A stretch of DNA of 63,421 nucleotides, counting the filler, from Licmophora abbreviata (lineage: Eukaryota), in assembly GCA_900291995.1 (NCBI GenBank). It is 13 parts of 13 records of this genome, joined end to end, with 100 filler letters (N's around TTAATTAATTAA, not from the genome) between each part and the next. Parts side by side here need not be neighbours in the genome. Positions count along the whole stretch, not along the records: positions 24,774 to 48,330 come from OLMU01004212.1; positions 48,431 to 49,651 come from OLMU01004213.1; positions 49,752 to 52,393 come from OLMU01004215.1; positions 52,494 to 54,628 come from OLMU01004219.1; positions 54,729 to 55,959 come from OLMU01004220.1; positions 56,060 to 60,977 come from OLMU01004221.1; 7 more parts are not named here. The stretch is one strand, 5' to 3'. Positions 45,012 to 57,799 of this stretch are shown here, one piece after another. Under the pieces are notes generated by a model. It saw only the letters and a program-made list of their open reading frames with translations, did no database searches and was not told the origin of the DNA. The stretch's first letter is position 1. Every line of letters starts with the position of its first letter. The position numbers and the translations under genes are program-made.

Positions 45012-47144
45012 ATGGTCAGAACGATGAACTTTCTTGCAGTCCTGTGCCTCCTCGTCATCAGTCCAGTGCTTGGTCAGCATCAATCGCTGAATCGTCCCAC
45101 GGGAGCGCCGTCTCTGTCTCCGGCCCCGACCATGACGCCAGTCCCGACAAGTCCATCGGCGGCGCCCACTGAGACCACGGCACCGAGTCCAAGTCCTTCT
45201 GCGGTCCCTTCTTATTCGCCTACCGGTACTTCACTTCCAACGCTCACTCATTCAGTTGCACCAACTGACTCTCCTGCTCCCAGCCCTAGTCCTAGTGCAA
45301 TGCCTTCCTACATGCCCTCCCACTCACCTTCGATGGTTCCCAGCGTCTCCCCGTCTGATGTGCCCTCGGAGTTTCCCTCAGTCAGTCCTTCGACTGTGCC
45401 GAGCGCAACGCCCTCTGTATCATCCGCTCCATCAGCTGCACCGTCGATTTCGTCAGCTCCAAGCGCGGCTCCTTCCACAACACCGAGTGTGAGTCCGAGC
45501 GAGCAACCCAGTGGGAGTCCTTCTGCGGCACCGTCCCTTTCTTCCCAACCAAGTGTGTCGCCGTCCAATGCCCCTTCGGACCAGCCATCGATGTCTCATG
45601 TCCCCTCAGCCCAGCCGAGTGTTTCGCTTGAGCCATCTTCCAGTCCTACCGAGGCACCGTCTACCGCGCCTACCATCTTTCACGACAAGCTCAAGACCGT
45701 CGTGGCTATAACGTTCGACAGCTTGGATAGTCCTATTCAGGGCAATGCGTTGCTGGCGTTTGAAAAGACGACATTAGCTTTTCTCCAGGTCAAGGCTAGT
45801 GCTCCTAAGGACTTCACACTCGCGTTTACAAGTGTAAGTGTGACAGAGCAGACCTTCATTCCTCATCGTCGAGAGTTGGCAACTGGCTCCAGACGGGTCC
45901 TTCATGATCCTGGATTGCGAATTCGTGTGAATGTCACGGCTGACATCATCCCAGGAAAACCCCCCGCCGGCTTTTCCTTCACCGATACTGTATCGAAGAC
46001 GCTCTTGGATAACTACGTCGAGTACACTGAGGCACTGGAAGCAGACGATCCGTACTTTGGCGACGTTGCGGTGGTTGCAAGCTCCACGACTGACATTCCG
46101 TCGGACAAAGTGACAGCTGGTAAAGCTGCTGGAATAGTTGTAGGTGCATTCGCTGCATTGGCCATTGCCGTCGGCTCTGCGTTTTACGCCATCCGTCACC
46201 GCGACGTAGTGTATGCACGAAGTGTTGGGTCCGTCGCCAAAGATGATGACCCTTACATGATCGGCCACAGCAGCTCTGGCTCGACGGATGCTACTCCGTA
46301 CCTTGGGCCAGGAGTCACCATGAACCCCACAAGTCCGAATTCATTGGAAGGGGGTAGGGCTCTTGGGGCGATGCTCCCACGATCGTACTCCATTTCATCC
46401 GGTGTCTCCAAAGACTCGCAACCTTCGAAGAGCTCCCTACGATACAGCGAAAGCGGTGGTACAGGGCAGCCGAAGTCTCTCCTAGACACTGTGGTGAGCG
46501 CGGATGAATCAAAGGAAGAGGAGGCAGATGCTGGAAGCCTTGGGTCAATTCTCACGACGGAAGTGCTCTCGGCTCACTCTGGAAAGAAAGATCCTCCGAC
46601 GGGGAAAGTGGCTTCGAAACAGAACCCTCCAGGCACCCTCCTTGGCATCATTCGAACGCTACCTTCCAGCTGCTTTTCGTCAGATGACGACCTGAGTCAC
46701 ATTGCTGGGGAGGATATTGATACACCCGCTTCGAATACGTCGTCGCTCTCTTCCTTCACAGAGTTCTTGGAGAGTGAAGGAAGAGAAAAGACTCTCGGTG
46801 CCCGTCCAATGGGAGAATCGGAACAGACGCAGTATCGAGAGTCGCATTCGACCGGCAGTGCACCGTCAATGAAGAAGGAAGGCATTTACGACGTGTTTGC
46901 ACCTCCTGGCCCGCTGGGCATCGTTGTCGACACTACGAAGAATGGACCTGTCATTCATTCCATGAAATCCTCTTCTCCCCTTCTGGGTCTCTTAGCTCCA
47001 GGCGATCTGATTATTGCTTTGGACGACATGGATACGCGTGGGATGACGGCAGCCACCCTCACACGCATGATGGCCAAGCGGTCGCACGAGAAAGAGAGAA
47101 AGATTACTCTCCTTGCGTTGGGAACTGGTTCAGACTACGACTAG
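45012..47144 (+). CDS. type I membrane protein with PSxxP mucin-like stalk, TM and C-terminal PDZ domain
   Basis: Signal peptide; about 190 aa of PSxxP repeats; TM GIVVGAFAALAIAVGSAFYAI; APPGPLGIVVD...GDLIIALDD. Confidence 0.85.
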   Translation: MVRTMNFLAVLCLLVISPVLGQHQSLNRPTGAPSLSPAPTMTPVPTSPSAAPTETTAPSPSPSAVPSYSPTGTSLPTLTHSVAPTDSPAPSPSPSAMPSYMPSHSPSMVPSVSPSDVPSEFPSVSPSTVPSATPSVSSAPSAAPSISSAPSAAPSTTPSVSPSEQPSGSPSAAPSLSSQPSVSPSNAPSDQPSMSHVPSAQPSVSLEPSSSPTEAPSTAPTIFHDKLKTVVAITFDSLDSPIQGNALLAFEKTTLAFLQVKASAPKDFTLAFTSVSVTEQTFIPHRRELATGSRRVLHDPGLRIRVNVTADIIPGKPPAGFSFTDTVSKTLLDNYVEYTEALEADDPYFGDVAVVASSTTDIPSDKVTAGKAAGIVVGAFAALAIAVGSAFYAIRHRDVVYARSVGSVAKDDDPYMIGHSSSGSTDATPYLGPGVTMNPTSPNSLEGGRALGAMLPRSYSISSGVSKDSQPSKSSLRYSESGGTGQPKSLLDTVVSADESKEEEADAGSLGSILTTEVLSAHSGKKDPPTGKVASKQNPPGTLLGIIRTLPSSCFSSDDDLSHIAGEDIDTPASNTSSLSSFTEFLESEGREKTLGARPMGESEQTQYRESHSTGSAPSMKKEGIYDVFAPPGPLGIVVDTTKNGPVIHSMKSSSPLLGLLAPGDLIIALDDMDTRGMTAATLTRMMAKRSHEKERKITLLALGTGSDYD

Positions 47145-47243
47145 CGCAACAACTGACTCTTCTCTCTTGACGAAGCTATCGGTTGTGGACTTTCCTGAAA
47201 CCTCATTTTAGATGTCTTCATAAACTACTCTATTCTGTACGGA

Positions 47244-49546
47244 TTACAAGTCCGAGCCAAAACTTTCTTTTGTGCCAGCTACGCGGGCATCGGCATCTTC
47301 ATATACATTGTATTCTGCCTTTTCGTCGGGTGAGCCCATGATATCGGCAAGCAGCTCCGCTTCTAGTTCGGCAGCTTCGTTCCCAAGTCCTTCTTCACTC
47401 AGCCACCGTTCTGCGTCTAGTGCTGCTGCAGCGCCGCTTCCGGCACTTGTGATGGCCTGTCGATAGATACTATCGGCCACGTCCCCTGCCGCGAAAATTC
47501 CAGGCATAGACGCATGCGTACCATCGCCAAAAGTCTTGACATACCCAGGGCGCTCCTCGTCAAAATCGACAACACCCTGCAAAAACGATGTTGCTGGCGT
47601 GTGTCCAATAGCAACAAAAACGGCATCGACCGCCAGTCTAGTCTCTACTTGGGTGGTGGTATCCGTCAAAATGACCTCCTTGACGACGCGCTGCCGGGAG
47701 TCCTCAGCGTCAAGATCAACCTGATCTGTGTCGCCTTCACTATTGTCAATCGGTTGACCGACAATCTCTTTGACAACAGTATTCCATCGAATCGTAATGT
47801 GAGGGTGCTCAATGACACGTTGAGCCAGAATCTTGGATGCCCGGAACGTATCCCGCCGATGAACGACCGTGACGGACCGGCTGGTTCTCGCCAAAACGAG
47901 AGCATCTTCCATGGCGGCATCTCCTCCTCCAACAACTACGACGTCTTTGCCTCGGTAAATGGCACCGTCGCAAGTCGCACAGGAGCTCACTCCACCTCCT
48001 CGCAGTTCCCACTCCCCAGTCACATTCAGCCAGTTGCTCTCGGCTCCAGTTGCCACAATAATGGAATGCGTTTCGATTTCAGAACTGTTGGTGATCACTT
48101 TGAAAGGACGCTTCGATGCATCAATACTCAGCACAGTATCATCCTCCCATACTGCACCAAACGACGCTGCCTGCATACGCATGGACGCAATCAGCGCTGG
48201 CCCGGTCATGTTGGTATCCGCTACCCCACTGTAGTTTTCAATCACAACGCCCTTCCCCTGCAGCTGACCTCCCATGGGAGGACATACAACAAGGGGTGCC
48301 AAGCCAGCACGCGCCGCATAAATAGCTGCGNNNNNNNNNNNNNNNNNNNNNNNNNNNNNNNNNNNNNNNNNNNNTTAATTAATTAANNNNNNNNNNNNNN
48401 NNNNNNNNNNNNNNNNNNNNNNNNNNNNNNCTAGTCCCAGCGGGTCCTCCGCCAATAATGACGACACGTTCCGGAAATGCGCCTGGCGTCCAGCGGTGAA
48501 ACAGTTCCGTCTCTTCGTCATCATCGACCTCCGTTTCGACTTCAGCATCGCGTTCCTCATCTTCCCGGCGCTCCAACTCCTCCAACAACTCTTGCTTGGA
48601 GAAGGAAGTCAGCGAGACCTTCTCTTTGCTAGCCCGAGGCTTTGTCGTTTCCGACGACTTGCTGTCCTCACTTTGTTTATCTCCCGGTGAGCGATCTTCG
48701 TCTGAAAAGCGCGGAATGAGTTTGGGTGCCTTCTTGTACTTCTTCTTGAGCTTTCGTGCCAACTGATTCGCGGCTGATCCCACACAGTCGCCGGCTTTCT
48801 TGTTCATATCCCGACATTTGGTATGCACACTGACGATACTGCCCTTGTCCTTGGAAGCATCCATTTCAGCATAGAATTCTGTAAGAGCCTCCACTGTAAG
48901 CGCGACATTGTCCATTTCCGCTTGACGAATGACCTGTTGTGTCATTTGCCGAAGTTGCTGTTCACCGGCCCCACTGAACTCGTTCCACTTCTTGTTGTTT
49001 AGAAAAAAGGCAAAAGTGGGGAGAGAACGAACCTGATAGCGAGAGGACAGTTCATACATGGTATTGGTATCGACCTTGACAAAAACTGCCTTGTCCTGAC
49101 CTACTTCCTTGGCTAGCTTTTTGAAAATGGGAGCCATCATGCGGCACGGTCCACAGCCATCTGAGTGCATGATATCGTACGTGGTACGAGGAGAAACTAG
49201 TGAGTCGTCGACCGCCGCGCTTGCGTGGGGCACTGCAAACTTCTGTTTCAGAGAGAAACTTACCGCTATAAAAGTCTACAATGACAGGAAGACCCGTGGA
49301 TGTGGCATGTTTCTCTAAAAGACGATCGAATTCTGCAGAGCCAAAATAATGAGAAACAAAGGCGAACAAATTCATTCGTCAGTCAGACCACAAAAGCAAA
49401 CTGCAACTTCATTCGTTTCAAGCTCTCTACGTACCATGCGTTGATCGAATATGTCTCACTAGAGGACGGGCGGCGGCTGAGCCTAGCAGAATGGCACCGA
49501 GGAGCAGACGCAACGCCGCAAACGACCGCATCGTTCCCATGGTCAT
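47244..49546 (-). CDS. signal peptide-thioredoxin-NADPH thioredoxin reductase fusion; introns 49333-49434, 49161-49263; spans gap
   Basis: DFYSDGCGPC; VVIIGGGPAG; GVSSCATCDG; VVGGGDAAME; HRRD; FAAGDVAD..YRQAITSAG. Confidence 0.9.
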
Positions 49547-49933
49547 CGTCGAGGCAATGGTGTGCGCCTTTTCGCGTTGGCCGCTGGCTTGTCCACGTGG
49601 CGTCGTGATCTGGACGGCAAGTAGAGATTCCGAATTCCTTTCACACCATCGNNNNNNNNNNNNNNNNNNNNNNNNNNNNNNNNNNNNNNNNNNNNTTAAT
49701 TAATTAANNNNNNNNNNNNNNNNNNNNNNNNNNNNNNNNNNNNNNNNNNNNCTGAAAACGGACGCGAAGCCTGCGTCAAACCAACACGAAACATGTCACG
49801 TGTCACATCTGGGATTACTCGTAGTTTCCAAAACGGTACTGTCTCGTACTTCACGACCAGACTCTTCATCACTTCTCTCACAAATCATCTAATCTCACAG
49901 TCAAAACTACCTCGAAGTACTAAACACAACAAT

Positions 49934-51147
49934 ATGGTGCAAGCGAACGAACAACCGCAAGAGAAGAACGCGGCGATGAAGTCACCCAAGCAGAGCCCCG
50001 GGACGAAGCCTTCGGTACAAGCTCCGCCTTCCATCAAGGACAAGACGCAGATTGGGCGCCGATTGACGGAAGCTGTCGACGCCTCTCCGGTGACGAATCG
50101 TAGTGCTGATCTTGTGCCTCTCAACCGGGAATACAACTTGCTCCACAATCGTCTCCGGTCCTTGACTGCAGCACTTCGCGCTCATCATGCCTCGATGGCC
50201 CAACTTGATAAGACGCAGATGGAAGTAAGTCACGTGAAAGAGTTATCCAATTTGTGAATGACCTTGTTCTCATCACAGATTTACTGACCCATATCTCCCT
50301 ATCATTGCCTCTTTCTCCTGTCCAGGTTGTCAAGGAAGTTGCGGAATTCTCGGCGCAATCACCCATTCACAGTCATGTTGCAGGCGCCGCCGCGGGAACC
50401 ACTGCCAAGTCCCCCAACTCGTACGTGGGGGTCTACGAAGCCCTTTCCAAGAATAACAAGCAGGAGATGAGCAAGTACCAAGCTACCATTCTCGACTATG
50501 TGCTGGAATGGGATCGTGTGGTCACGAATCGTGTTGAGGGTGAACTCAAGGAAACCCACCGTCTCAACGGTATCCTCAACCACTACCAGACGAAAGTTGA
50601 TGCCCTTCGCAAGGACATCAACAGACAGCTGGACAAGGGCAAACAGAGTCCTGCCCGCAAGACGGACAAGCTTAAGCGTAACGAAGAGAAACTCAAGGTC
50701 GCATGGGAAGAGCACGAGCGCAGTGCCTCCCGGCTTTGTGACCTTCTCCAAGCGGCGACAGAGCATGGATGGAAGGATCTCTTTCCGCTCGTGGTGGCCA
50801 TGTCCAAGTTTGACGCTGAGAAGAGTACGAAGGAACAAAGCATTCTGTCCAAGATGGAAGTAGTTCAGACTTTATTACTCTCTACAGCGAATGAGGATCA
50901 TGCCAAACCACCACCTCCACCCGAAGAGGAATCGAGCTCCGACGAGGGATCCGAAGATACCGAGGTCAAGAAAGGAGGAAAGGTCACCCCTGAATCTGCC
51001 TCGTCAGAGGATTCCGAAGATCAGTCGGTCGAGAGTCTAGTCACTCCCAAGAAACCGGAACTAGCAAGTCCAACTGCTGTGGCCGAATATGAAAAGAAAG
51101 GCGCTAGCGATGGCGCTCCGGCCATGCCTGCACTTCAAGAGGTCTAA
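49934..51147 (+). CDS. BAR-domain-like helical protein; intron 50225-50325
   Basis: Amphipathic coiled coils, HYQTKVDAL, KLKRNEEKL; acidic tail. Confidence 0.6.
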
Positions 51148-51420
51148 GCCTGGAACAACAGGGTCGTGGGGCATACCGGGTATGCAATAATCTGTGTTTG
51201 GTTGGCGTTTTCATTGTTCCTTTTCGTAATTACTAGTAATGCTGTATGATTTTCATTTCCTACATGAACATTATTTATACTTCCGCTATAAATTACACAC
51301 GATCGTACACAACGAATCATAATCATCACAGAATCAATCGTCTCTTCTCGTCTGCAGTCATCGTATGTTGATACAATTGACGCTTCGGACTCTCTCTTAC
51401 TGCCGCATTCGATATTCATG

Positions 51421-52393
51421 TTATCGAAGCCGAATGACCGAAGGATCCATGGATCGAGTGGCATCCCAGGAAATGACTTGTTTCTTCTTCTTCTGCGGTT
51501 CCCCCAGATCCGCGAATGGCTGTCTGCAGCACGGACAGGGCGAGCCGTCCTGCATCTTGACGAGCCAATCGACAATGCACTCTTCGTGAAAGGCATGCTG
51601 ACACTCACTGTTGGACGACCATATGAGGGACTCGCCTTCTTCGTATGGACATAAGCATATAGCACAGCAATTGGGTACGGTGCCCTGTTGGTTTGGCAAG
51701 ACAACGTATCCTGCTTCAGTATCCAACGCGTCCATCTCGTAATCGTTCAAGACGGCCAAGTGATTGCTGCATCCTTCTTCCTCCTCGTCAGTGCAGCCGT
51801 CGCTGTTACTACCAAGTTCTTCGTCCGCGGCGTGGTCGCTGGTGCGAGAAGTAACATTCATCGTGACGGCCAAGCAGTCGTCGTCAAGTTCCGAATGTCC
51901 CGGAGCAGCAGCAATGGTACTCAAGTCGTGTGGGATACAGTCATGATCGGTCGTCGACTCGTCGTCGTTGTGTCTGAGACCAGATTCCATCTCATCCAAG
52001 GGGTCATCCGGTACCGTCTCGCTGGCATCCTCCATGCTGCATTCCTGTCTCTCTTCGACAGGATCGATCTCCTGTTCCTGAGCTGCTGCTGGTGCAGCAT
52101 CAGCCTTTTCTTGTACATAATGATCCATTGAGACAATCTAGTCGATAGCAAAAAGGCATAGAATGCATCCATCCGTGTGAGCTTTCACTAAGTGAATGAG
52201 TGTATGCATCCAAGACTGGAGATGATCCGCGTTGCGCTCACCATTTTAACGTGATTCTTCATGAAAGCTTCTTCCAGTTGCTTCTTTCTCTCTTCCGGTG
52301 TCGTAAGATTGGCCTCTTCTTGTTGCATCCGTCTCGCTCGGACGACTTCGGCAAACTGCTGATCGCTCTCGTTTCGATTGTCCTGAATCCAGG
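51421..52393 (-). CDS. RING-H2 E3 ubiquitin ligase, 5' truncated by gap
   Basis: CAICL..Y...CQHAFHEECIVDWL...CPCCR. Confidence 0.9.
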
Positions 52394-52856
52394 NNNNNNN
52401 NNNNNNNNNNNNNNNNNNNNNNNNNNNNNNNNNNNNNTTAATTAATTAANNNNNNNNNNNNNNNNNNNNNNNNNNNNNNNNNNNNNNNNNNNNTATAAAG
52501 TACACTGTACCATCCACTAGTAAAGTAGCTAGCTATTGCGTTTAGCTTCAACTCTCATCCGGTACCTGTGGTACCAGTGTGAATGCCTACGTCCAGCGCG
52601 CCCGATTCGTACTTGAAGATTGCAAGGGAGGGGGGGGGACGGACGGGAAAACCTGCGCACCCCTTGATTTGCCGCGCGAGCGGCGAGAGGGCGGGTGAAG
52701 GGTCAGAGCCAATTTCGGGATTTGGACAATCTCGACAGCCTGCCCCCAGCAAAGACTTTCATGCTCGCACGTGGTATGATACATGGAAAGTGGTGGTCTA
52801 TTCGCAGTACCACACAGTAATCGGGCACAACGTAGAATCGAGAAAACGCTTTGCTT

Positions 52857-54086
52857 ATGCCTCCGTCGGAAATCTTTGGCATTAGAGAAAGCGCTATCCG
52901 AAGGAAGCGTAATGTTCTCGTCGCAAGCATCGTCATCCTTGCTTCAGCCATAATTGCAGCAAGTCGTTGGAATTCTCTGTGGTATATCGACGAATACGAA
53001 GGTCTCCCAATGTCCACTCCCATCGGCACACCCCAAGCATCCAACTGGACGAACCATAATCTTCCAAAGCAGGTGTTCCAGAGTCGAATCCATCCTATTC
53101 CTCCCGGAGAATGGGCTCGACTAGACAATCTCAAATGCCGTGCACAAGGGGTCAAGGAATATCCTGCAGAGTCACTAGACCAACGAATGCCCTACGCCAT
53201 CATGCTTGGAACAATGAAATCAGGAACCACTGCCCTTTCACGCTATCTTTACCAACATCCGTACCTTGTTCGTCCGCGCGGCCACAAAGAGATTCACTTC
53301 TTTGACATTGAATACGACGATGAGATCGCCTCCGAAGAGGGGATACCGCGGAAAACGACCCGGCGAGCGTATTCTCAATCGCTCCGAGATATCATTCGCG
53401 ATGATGGATTCCAACAAATGCGCGGCAACAGTTCAATGGTGGTCATCGACGATTCGCCGAGATACCTGTTTTGGTCAGATCGAGTACCCGCGAGAGTGCT
53501 CTGTGTGGCGCCGTGGGCTAAGACGTTTGCCATCCTACGCAATCCAGTGGACCGTGCCTTCTCTCATTACACTATGCTATCAACCAGTAGAAGGAACAAG
53601 GATGTCGACATATCATTTGAAGACTGGGTGGAAAAAGATTTGCTCTCCTTGCGAGAGTTGGGTGTCGTGCGAGACTGGAGAAGCCCAGGGCAGTTTGACT
53701 CCTTCGCGGGATCACAGGCGGAGCTTGAGGCATGGAAAGCATACACGCGAACAGGAACGCAAGGTGTGCTCGGTCGAGGCCTGTACGCTATTCAACTAAG
53801 ACATTGGTTCAAAGCGTATGAAGACTTTGGAAAGGATTCGTCTGACATATACATTGTAAGCAGCGAACGCATGCGAGACAACACGGAGGATATCTATCGT
53901 GAAGTGCTCCAGTTTCTTGAATTGCCGTATGTCCCACTGAAAGATAGCTCAGAACAATACACAGGACATTACCAAAATCAAATGAATCTTGCGACCCGCG
54001 AAAAACTTGAGAAATTTTTTCGACCCTACAACCATCAGCTCTACGATCTCCTTGGTAGCACTTGGAACACGACGTGGGAGCGTTGA
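52857..54086 (+). CDS. Golgi-type sulfotransferase (heparan sulfate 3-O-sulfotransferase-like)
   Basis: N-terminal TM; GTMKSGTTAL (5'-PSB), KEIHFFD, LRNPVDRAFSHY (3'-PB), FFRPYN. Confidence 0.9.
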   Translation: MPPSEIFGIRESAIRRKRNVLVASIVILASAIIAASRWNSLWYIDEYEGLPMSTPIGTPQASNWTNHNLPKQVFQSRIHPIPPGEWARLDNLKCRAQGVKEYPAESLDQRMPYAIMLGTMKSGTTALSRYLYQHPYLVRPRGHKEIHFFDIEYDDEIASEEGIPRKTTRRAYSQSLRDIIRDDGFQQMRGNSSMVVIDDSPRYLFWSDRVPARVLCVAPWAKTFAILRNPVDRAFSHYTMLSTSRRNKDVDISFEDWVEKDLLSLRELGVVRDWRSPGQFDSFAGSQAELEAWKAYTRTGTQGVLGRGLYAIQLRHWFKAYEDFGKDSSDIYIVSSERMRDNTEDIYREVLQFLELPYVPLKDSSEQYTGHYQNQMNLATREKLEKFFRPYNHQLYDLLGSTWNTTWER

Positions 54087-54145
54087 TAAGTTCGTTAACA
54101 ATTTCCTTTCATGCCGATAGATTCGTTAACAATTCCTTTCATTTC
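54085..54145. repeat. imperfect ~31-bp tandem duplication at the sulfotransferase 3' end
   Basis: GATAAGTTCGTTAACAATTTCCTTTCAT then GATAGATTCGTTAACAATTCCTTTCAT. Confidence 0.85.
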
Positions 54146-54899
54146 TTTGGCTGCTTCTCCTGTATGATATATGTTGCATGTGTGCTTCATTCAATCTGCG
54201 TTGCATCTCCGAATACCTGAGATGAGAAAAGTCAGACCTGCTTGTCTATTCGGTCGTACTAGCATTCTGGGTTATCGAAATCTTTCGGCGGAAGACAAGC
54301 TCCCCGCTACGTTCCATTGTTCGGATTTTCTGGAACAACTGCAACCACCCGTATCAGAGATGGATTATCTCTGGAAAACTCTATATGGAATGTGTTCCTT
54401 TTCCATTCAGAAAAAGATTGCCCCATGGGGAAATATACGGTACATATTCTATTAGATTAGATTGGGTTGGAAAAGAATGGCAAAGCACTACGCAGTGAGC
54501 CGACAAAGCACATCTGTATCCTTTACTTCTCTATTACTACTGAGCAAGCCTCACCGAGGCAGAGACTGAAGACAGGCCAAGTGCTGGTCCTCTAAGGTCG
54601 TGATGAAGGCCAAACAAAAGGCCTCACCNNNNNNNNNNNNNNNNNNNNNNNNNNNNNNNNNNNNNNNNNNNNTTAATTAATTAANNNNNNNNNNNNNNNN
54701 NNNNNNNNNNNNNNNNNNNNNNNNNNNNTGTTCTTTCTCCTCCCTGGCCGTGTACATAAAAGTTTGTACGCAATTGCCACAGGGTATGCCTCGGCAGTAA
54801 AACGGTTTGGTAACAAATGCTTGCGGTGTTATTATAATCTCTATGATAAAACATAATTTCATGAAAGAAAAGTAATCCAGGTGCTAGTGTCTGGACTAA

Positions 54900-57113
54900 G
54901 CTATGTCGAGCCGCAGAGCGCCTTCTCAGAACTGAAAATCATATCGGTCGCAAACGTTTCAGCAAGACGACGAGGACTCAGCTGAGGGAATTGAGACTTC
55001 GTATGCCACTGCAGAGGGAAACGAAGAGGAACCTTACCTGCCAACTGCGTCGTAGCTTAAAAGTGCGACGAACGGTATCAAGCAGTAACCAGCCGAGCTT
55101 GGAATGGAACTTGTCAAAGTCAGGCAGACGAGTCGTCTTCCTCGCAAAAATCAACATGACAGACTGTGCCACTGAGACACCAAGGAGGAGACTTGAATAA
55201 GCCGCGACAAGAAAGCGGATGGTCTCACTCTGATGTCCGGACTTCTTGGCCCACTGATCAGCAGCAGTGACTTCCTCCATCAACGCATGCTGAATATTCA
55301 GCTCACCTTCAGGAGTAAAGACAGGAAGGAAATGCGTGGTGTCGTCGTCGTCAAGGACACGAGGGTTCCTCGGTTCATCATCGGAGGTCAGCCAAAGGAC
55401 TGGAAGATGCTCAAACTCTTCGTCTGTAGGATAACGAGAGTGTAGGTTCAACAGTCCATTGGCCGAAAATAGTTCAAAATGGAGGTGGAAGCCATCTTCA
55501 TTAGGAGCACAGATAGACTGTGTACCACCATGACGATGCAAGCCATCATTCACCCAAACACGGTTCTCACGAGATTGACCAGTGGAGATCAAGCTTTGGG
55601 CGTTGTTAGGAAGATACGGCGCCTCATGTAATCCCACGAGGTATTTCATACCCTCGGTCTCTATCGTCCTTGACTAATCCGTTGGCAAAACCTTCCATAT
55701 CGACGGGTTGTGAGGTCTCTTTGAGGATGCAAACAGAACGACCCATAACGGAGACGTTGGTACCACCATCGGCGCAGATATGTCCGGTCCCAGTGGATTC
55801 CTGTGCGTAGCTCTGAATGGAGAGCGCATCTTTGAGGTCGGGCAAAAGACGATAGGTCGCCTGGCGCATGATCAGACATGCATGGTTCACGTGGGTTCCT
55901 GTAATGAGCCGAGCCCCGCGCACGTTGCCGGGACTGGCCTGCCTGGCAACTTCTGCCCANNNNNNNNNNNNNNNNNNNNNNNNNNNNNNNNNNNNNNNNN
56001 NNNTTAATTAATTAANNNNNNNNNNNNNNNNNNNNNNNNNNNNNNNNNNNNNNNNNNNNCGTGGGAGACATCTTGGCCCACTTGTCCAGAGGGATGGGCA
56101 TGTTACTCTTGGCCTTCTGCCACCGGCCCAAGCTTGGACGAGCATCACCTTTGCAGACCTGTGGAGAATCAGAAGAATCGCCGCTCTTCATATGGCCTTT
56201 CTCAAACTGAGTCTTGGCTTCCACACGGAAGGAATGGATGAGAGACTGGAGTTCCAGCTCTTTGGAAGGGTCAGACATCATCTTGACCCACACCTTGAGG
56301 GATGGATGAGTGATCTTTGCAATGAAGAATCGACAGATTGGGGCAGACGGAAAGGGGGTTCCATTTTCCTTGAGACGATTGACGCACTTGAGGAACGTCG
56401 CCGCCATCATACGTCATACCACACTTGGCACCAAATTCGAGTCGAGCAAGGAGCCCGATGGCATTAGTGGCGAGATCAGTGAGGATGTCATGGTCAACAG
56501 AAGCACCTGTAAGCTGGCGGAAAATTTCAACACCAGTGAGTTCTTTATCAAGGTAGGCAGCAGCATCAGTGTTGGGTGTTGCCGTCATGAGACAGTCCTT
56601 GAGGAAAGGATCCTTGGCTTGGAAATTTTTATAAAGCATAGGTTTGTCGAGCTCGTCGGGAAGTCATAGCGAAGAAGGTCGCCGACACCACCCGTGAGGG
56701 ATAGTTTAGTAGTAAAGTACTCTAGCCAGTCTTCAATTTGTTCCTCAACTGCAGACTTAGCGGACAGCTTAGGAATGTCACGCATGTCAACCTTGAAAGA
56801 AGGAGTTTGTAGACCACTAGCTAAATGCGGAAGTGGTGCCAGTAGACTGCACAGCAGAAGCATAATCAGGCACACCACCAGTATGAGACATGGTGGAAGA
56901 AGGGTCGGGATCATAGTCACCAACAAAAGTGAGCCAGGCATCCTCAGTGCAGGAGTCAATGAGGTACCCTTCTGCTCCTTGGAGGAAGAGAGCCAGGCAA
57001 TCACATTGGCTTGGAAAGCCAGCAAGAACAAAGCGATGGAGGACGATGATAGTCCTTTCTCATCGAGTGCCTCTTCAAGTCGCTCGGAACTGGAGAGGCG
57101 AAGGGTCACAAGA
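54900..57113 (-). mobile_element. degenerate Ty1/copia (CoDi-like) retrotransposon, gag-protease region
   Basis: ADGGTNVSVMG...VDMEGF protease-like; HEAPYL..SLISTGQ; RYPTDEEFEHLP...LTSD; LGWL..DTVRRT; frameshifts and stops. Confidence 0.75.
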
Positions 57114-57799
57114 TGACAGAAACCTGCCGTTTCAAGATGGACGACTCATTTGACTCGGAGACGAGCTCGGAATCAGGCGTCAAGTTCTCAAAACAGGAAG
57201 GGAACTCCTTAGCATAGAGGGTGAGCAAGTCAATGACTGTTGTCTTGCCACTTCCAGCGGGGTTATGACGTCTTCAACCAGTACATCCTTGCAATGATGC
57301 CAAGGACTCCGCAAAGTAGGAGGATCTTTCTCTACCTCTGCATAAACACGAGCCAATTCAATGGCATTGTCAAACTGTATTGCATCCGTGCCAAAACAAG
57401 ACCCGAGGTTATCATCAGGTTGAAGGTATTGTGTTAAGCAACAGGCAGGAGGACTGTCACTGACCCACAAGTAACGCACTTTTCCCATGCCATATTCAAG
57501 TTCAGAGTACTCGGCAACAGTCCTGTTGAAGCTACAGATTCACTCATAGCGGATGGTCCTTACCAAAGATCGTACTAGCTAGCTACCAACCATCAACCAT
57601 GCATGATTTTTGGCAAATGCTGTCTCCATTGACCCTTTCCATTCAGCCAGGACAGACAGAGGAACAAAGAATGACACATGCATCCCAAATCTGTTCCACG
57701 CATATCGCATATTGGGACAGATGGCCGGCCCTCCCTTCCGAAAACCAGCCAGCTACAAAACGAACCAGGCTGTGTCACACACCTTTGATAAGTAACATA

